DNA of 64,000 nt from the human T2T-CHM13v2.0 reference genome, Homo sapiens, in assembly GCF_009914755.1 (NCBI RefSeq), contig NC_060929.1. One strand, given 5' to 3'. A program made the position numbers and the translations under genes. Under the pieces are notes generated by a model that did not search any database, was not told the DNA's origin, and saw only the letters and a program-made list of their open reading frames with translations. Every line of letters begins with the position of its first letter. Position 1 is the first letter of the stretch. This document shows, piece by piece, positions 59,632-64,000 of this stretch.

Positions 59632-60073
59632 TATTCTGAGTATGAATGTTTGTGTCCTTCCAAAATCTCTATGTTGAATCCTAACCCCTAAGGTGATGGC
59701 AGCTGGACGTGGGGCCTTTGGTAAGACAGCCCTCATGATTGGAATTAGTACTCTTATAAAAGATACCGCATCAGATCTCATGAGACTTATTCACTATCAC
59801 AAGAAAAGCACGGGAAAGACCCAGCCCCGTGATTCAATTACCTCCCACCAGGTACCCCCCACAACACATGGGAATTGTGGGAAGTAGCTTTCTTTCACTA
59901 TGTGAGGACACAGGAAGAACTATGAAGCAGACAGCGTGTCCTCACCAAATGCCACATCTGAAGCATATGATCTAGACTTTCCAGGCTGCAGAATTGTGAG
60001 AAATATTTTGTTGTTGTTTATAAGCTACCCAGTTTATGGTATCTTGTTAGAGCAGCCTGAATGGACTAAGACA
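59632..60073 (+). mobile_element. MLT1A-type solo LTR with an embedded THE1 LTR fragment (59769-59882)
   Basis: gaatgtttgtgtccttccaaaat...ataagctacccagtttatggta...ggactaagaca. Confidence 0.88.
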
Positions 60074-60113
60074 ATGTGCATGACAATTGTAATTTGTTTG
60101 TTATTAAATGATA

Positions 60114-62425
60114 TGTATTAGTTTACTCTCATGCTGCTAATAAAGACATACCTGAGACTGGGTAATTTATAAAGAAAAGAGGTTTAATTGATCAACAGTT
60201 CTGAATGGCTGGGGAGGCCTCATGATCATTGTGGAAGGTGAAAGGGAAGTAAGACACATCTTATGTGGCAGCAGGCAAAAGAGAGCTTGTGCAGGGGAAC
60301 TCCCCTTATAAAACCATCAGATCTCGTGAGACTTATTCACTATCATGAGAACAGCATGGGAAAGACCCAGCTGCACGATTCAATTACCTCCCACCAGATC
60401 CCTCCCACGACACATGTGAACTGTGGGAGCTACAATTCAAGATGAGATTTGGATGGGGACACAGCCAAAACATATCATTCCACCCCGGTTCCTCCCAAAT
60501 CTCATGTCCTCACATTTCAAAACAAATCATGCCTTCCCAACAGTCCCCAAAAGTCTTAACTAATCTCAGTATTAACTCAAAAGTTCACAGTCCAAAGTCT
60601 CATTCGAGACTGGGCAAGTACCTTCCACCTATGAGCCCATGAAATCAAAAGCAAGTTAGTTACTTCCTAGATACAATGGGGTTACAGACATTGGATAAAT
60701 ACAGCCATTCCAAATAGGAGAAATTGATGAAAACAAAGGGGCTATAGGCCCCATGCAAGTCCAAAATCCAGCAGGGCACTCAAATCTTAAAGCTCCAAAT
60801 TGACCTCCTTTGACTCCATGTCTCACATCCAGGTCATGCTCATGCAAGAGGTGGGTTCCCATGGTCTCGGGTAGCTTTGCCTTTGTGACTTTGCAGGGTA
60901 CAGCCTCCTTTCTGGTTCCCTTCATGGGCTGGCATTGAGTGTCTGCAGCATTTTCAGGTACATGGTGCAAGCTGTTGGTGGATCTACTATTCTGGGTTCT
61001 GGAGGATGATGGCTTTCTTGTCACACCTCCACTAGGCAGTGCCCCAGTGGGGACCCTTTGTGGGGGCTTCAATCCCATATTTCCCTCCTGCACTGCCCTA
61101 ATAGAAGCTCTCCATGAGGGCCCTGCCCCTGCAGCAAATTTCTGCCTGGAGATCCAGGTGTTTCCATACATCCTCTGAAATCTAGGAGGAAGTTCCCAAA
61201 CCCCAGTTCTTGACTACTGTGCACCAGCAGACTCAACACGACATAGAAGCTGCCAAGGCTTGGGGCTTGCACCCTCTGAAGTAACAGCCCAAGCTGTATG
61301 TTGCCCCTTTTAGCCATGACTAGAGTGGCTGGGATGCAGGGCAAGTTCCTAGGCTGCACACAGCAGGGGGGTCCCAGGGCCCCGCCCACAAAACAATTTT
61401 TGTGTTCTAGGTCTCAGGTCCTATGATGGGAGGGGCTGCCGCAAACATCTCTGACAAGCCCTGGGGATATTTTCCCCATTTTCTTGGTGATTAACATTTG
61501 GTTCCTCGTTACTTATGCAAATTCTTATAGCCGGCTTGAATTTCTCCTCAGAAAACGGGCTCTTCTTTTCTATTGCATCACCAGGCTGCCAATTTTCCAA
61601 ACATTTATGCTCTGTTTCCTTTTTTAAAACTCAATGCTGTTAATAGAACCTAAGTCACATCTTGAATGCTTTCCTGTTTAAAAATTTATTCAGCCAAATA
61701 CCCTACATCGTCTCTCTCAAGTTCAAAGTTCCAGTTCCACAAATCTCTAGGGCAAGGGCAAAATGCCTCTAGTCTGTTTGCTAAAATACAGCAAGAGTCA
61801 CTTTTTTTTCCAGTACCCAACAAGTTCCTCATCTTCGTCTGAGACCACCTCAGCCTGGATTTCATTTTCCATATCATTATCAGCATTTTGGTCAAAGCTA
61901 GTCAACAAGTCTTTAGGAAGTTCCAAACTTTCCCACATTTTCCCTTCTTCTTCTGAGCCCTACAAACTGCTTCATCCTCTGCTTGTTACCCAGTTCCAAA
62001 GTCACTTCCACATTTTCCAGTATCTTTACAGCAGCACCCCACCCAACTGGTACCAGTTTACTGTATGAGTTCATTTTCACGCTGCTAATAAAGACATACC
62101 CAAGGCTGGGTAATTTATAAAGTAAAGAGGTTTAATTAATTCACAGTTCCACATGGCTGGTGAGGCCTCACAAACATGGCGGAAGGTGAAGGGGAAGCAA
62201 GACATGTCTTACATGGCAGCAGGCGAGAGAGAGTTTGTGCAGAGAACACCCCTTTTAAAAACCATCAGATCTCATGAGGATTATTCACTATCATGAGAAC
62301 AGCAAAGGAAAGACCCACCCCCATGATTCAATTACCTCCTACTGGGTCCATCCCATGACACATGGGAATTGTGAGAGCTACAATTCAAGATGAGATTTGG
62401 GTGGGGACACAATCCAATCATATCA
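60114..62425 (-). mobile_element. Full-length THE1 (THE1B-like) MaLR provirus (LTRs 60114-60477 and 62062-62425)
   Basis: Two LTRs plus internal region; perfect TSD TGATA (60109-60113, 62426-62430). Confidence 0.96.
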
Positions 62426-63316
62426 TGATACTTTTCAGTTAAGTGAAGATTGGGCTTTGGTTTGTCCCATTGCCTACTACTGTTTATTATGACTGTAATA
62501 TGAGAGATTGCATAATGCATACATAGGCCAAATAACTTTAAGTGGTGCTACTCTTTACAATCAAAGACTCAAAGCAAAGCCTTGAAACATCAAGGCAATT
62601 TATAAAACGGCAGTATTAATGCTTCTTGCATTTTAATGCTTAGAGTTCCTAGCAATACACAATCATGCATTTATTGATTTTAATTTTCTATGAGTATCAG
62701 GGTTAATTATTTCTCAAGTTGCCTAGATAAAGATATACACTGTAGTCAATAATTTTTGATATTCATTTTGAAAAGTCAATATCTACTTATAAATTATGTA
62801 ATTGTCAAGATATTTATAAAGAAGACAGTAATTCCTTTCTTCAAATAAAGTATACTTTTAACAACTATTTTCTTAGAAAAAGACAGCTTGGAGAAGATAC
62901 CTGTAAATTACTAAAATAAACTGCTTTTAATTAACATTATTGACTCTTTGATGCTAAAACTTTTTTTGAGTCAGTTAAATTTTTATTATTGGAGAAATAT
63001 CTGCGTATGGATAGAAGCGATTCAGTTTTTATACAGAATAACCAAATCATGTATCTAGCGTTTATATATATATATATAAGGCAACATATCATCCTCCCAT
63101 TGAAAGAGTAAAGAAGAAGCTGCAAAGTGACAATGCAAAATACACAAAAAATGTGTTCTCCTTGTAACACTTTACTCTTCAGTAGGTGGAGAATTACCCT
63201 CATTCATTCATACAGATATATTTCTAGAGAGAGAAGGAAGATTCTCTGAGGCAAAATAAGTAAATAAATAAAAAGGAAGTGTATGAAATGTGAACCTAAA
63301 ATAATAGAAACTCTAC

Positions 63317-63677
63317 TGCTTTGGACTAAATTGAATCCTCCCAAATTCATATGGAGATATCCTAGTCCCAAATGTTATGGCATTTAGAGATAGAGTGTTT
63401 GAGAGATAATTAGGTTTGCATAAGGTCATGATAGTGGGACCCAGATGATGGGATTATTGACTTCATAAGAGACAGAAGAGAGCTTCCTCACTCTTTCTGC
63501 CTGGAGGGCACAGAGAGAAAGCAGCTATCTGTAAGCCACGAAGAGAGTCTTCACAGGAAACTGATCCTGCTGTCACCTTGACCTTGAACTTCTAGTATTC
63601 AGAATTGTAAGAAATCAAATTTCTGTTAACTCACTCAGTCTGGCATTCTGTTATGGAAGCCTGAGTGGACTTATATA
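63317..63677 (+). mobile_element. MLT1A/B-type solo LTR
   Basis: tgctttggactaaattg...cccaaattcatatg...accttgaacttctagtattcagaattgtaagaaatcaaatttctg. Confidence 0.85.
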
Positions 63678-64000
63678 ATTACCAAGAGTCACACACAAAA
63701 AGTAGATATTATTTTATTTTTATACTACCAAAATAGTTTCAGAGCCTGGGTACTACTAGAATTTGATCTGAAGGGCATTTATCCATAGATAAATAATTAA
63801 AACTGCATAATTAATATTATCAGTTAATTTATTGTCTTAAAAATAATAAGAATGAGTAACATGCGACCTAGTATTCACAATGCAAACAAAAAGTCTTAAG
63901 AAGATTGGGAAGAACTTCAGAGGAATAACAAAAACAATGGTAACAGTGACATTAATGGTGGTTATGCTGATGAAGATTGTGATGATGAACTATGAATCAA

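Overview
This is AT-rich, repeat-dense primate genomic DNA, almost certainly human: it carries a consensus-like AluYb8 and an SVA_F-like element, both human-specific families. I find no supportable protein-coding gene, RNA gene or CRISPR array. Every recognisable ORF in the track derives from Alu, SVA, L1, L2 or MaLR repeats, and the rest are short and unremarkable. The window holds three full-length THE1 MaLR proviruses (all minus strand), a full-length MST provirus, several solo LTRs, a near full-length old L1PA, a 5'-inverted L1PA, about 12 Alus and ancient L1M/L2/MIR/MER fragments. I cannot support a novel multi-gene system. Four signals stand out. (1) The SVA appears to carry a 280-bp 3' transduction with its own AATAAA and second poly(A). 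(2) A 114-bp THE1 LTR fragment with an intact DUX4 motif sits inside an unrelated MLT1A LTR. (3) A 153-bp local inverted duplication lies inside an L1. (4) A pristine AluYb8 is a candidate polymorphic insertion. Subfamily names come from remembered consensus features, not from RepeatMasker, and edges of old repeats are approximate.
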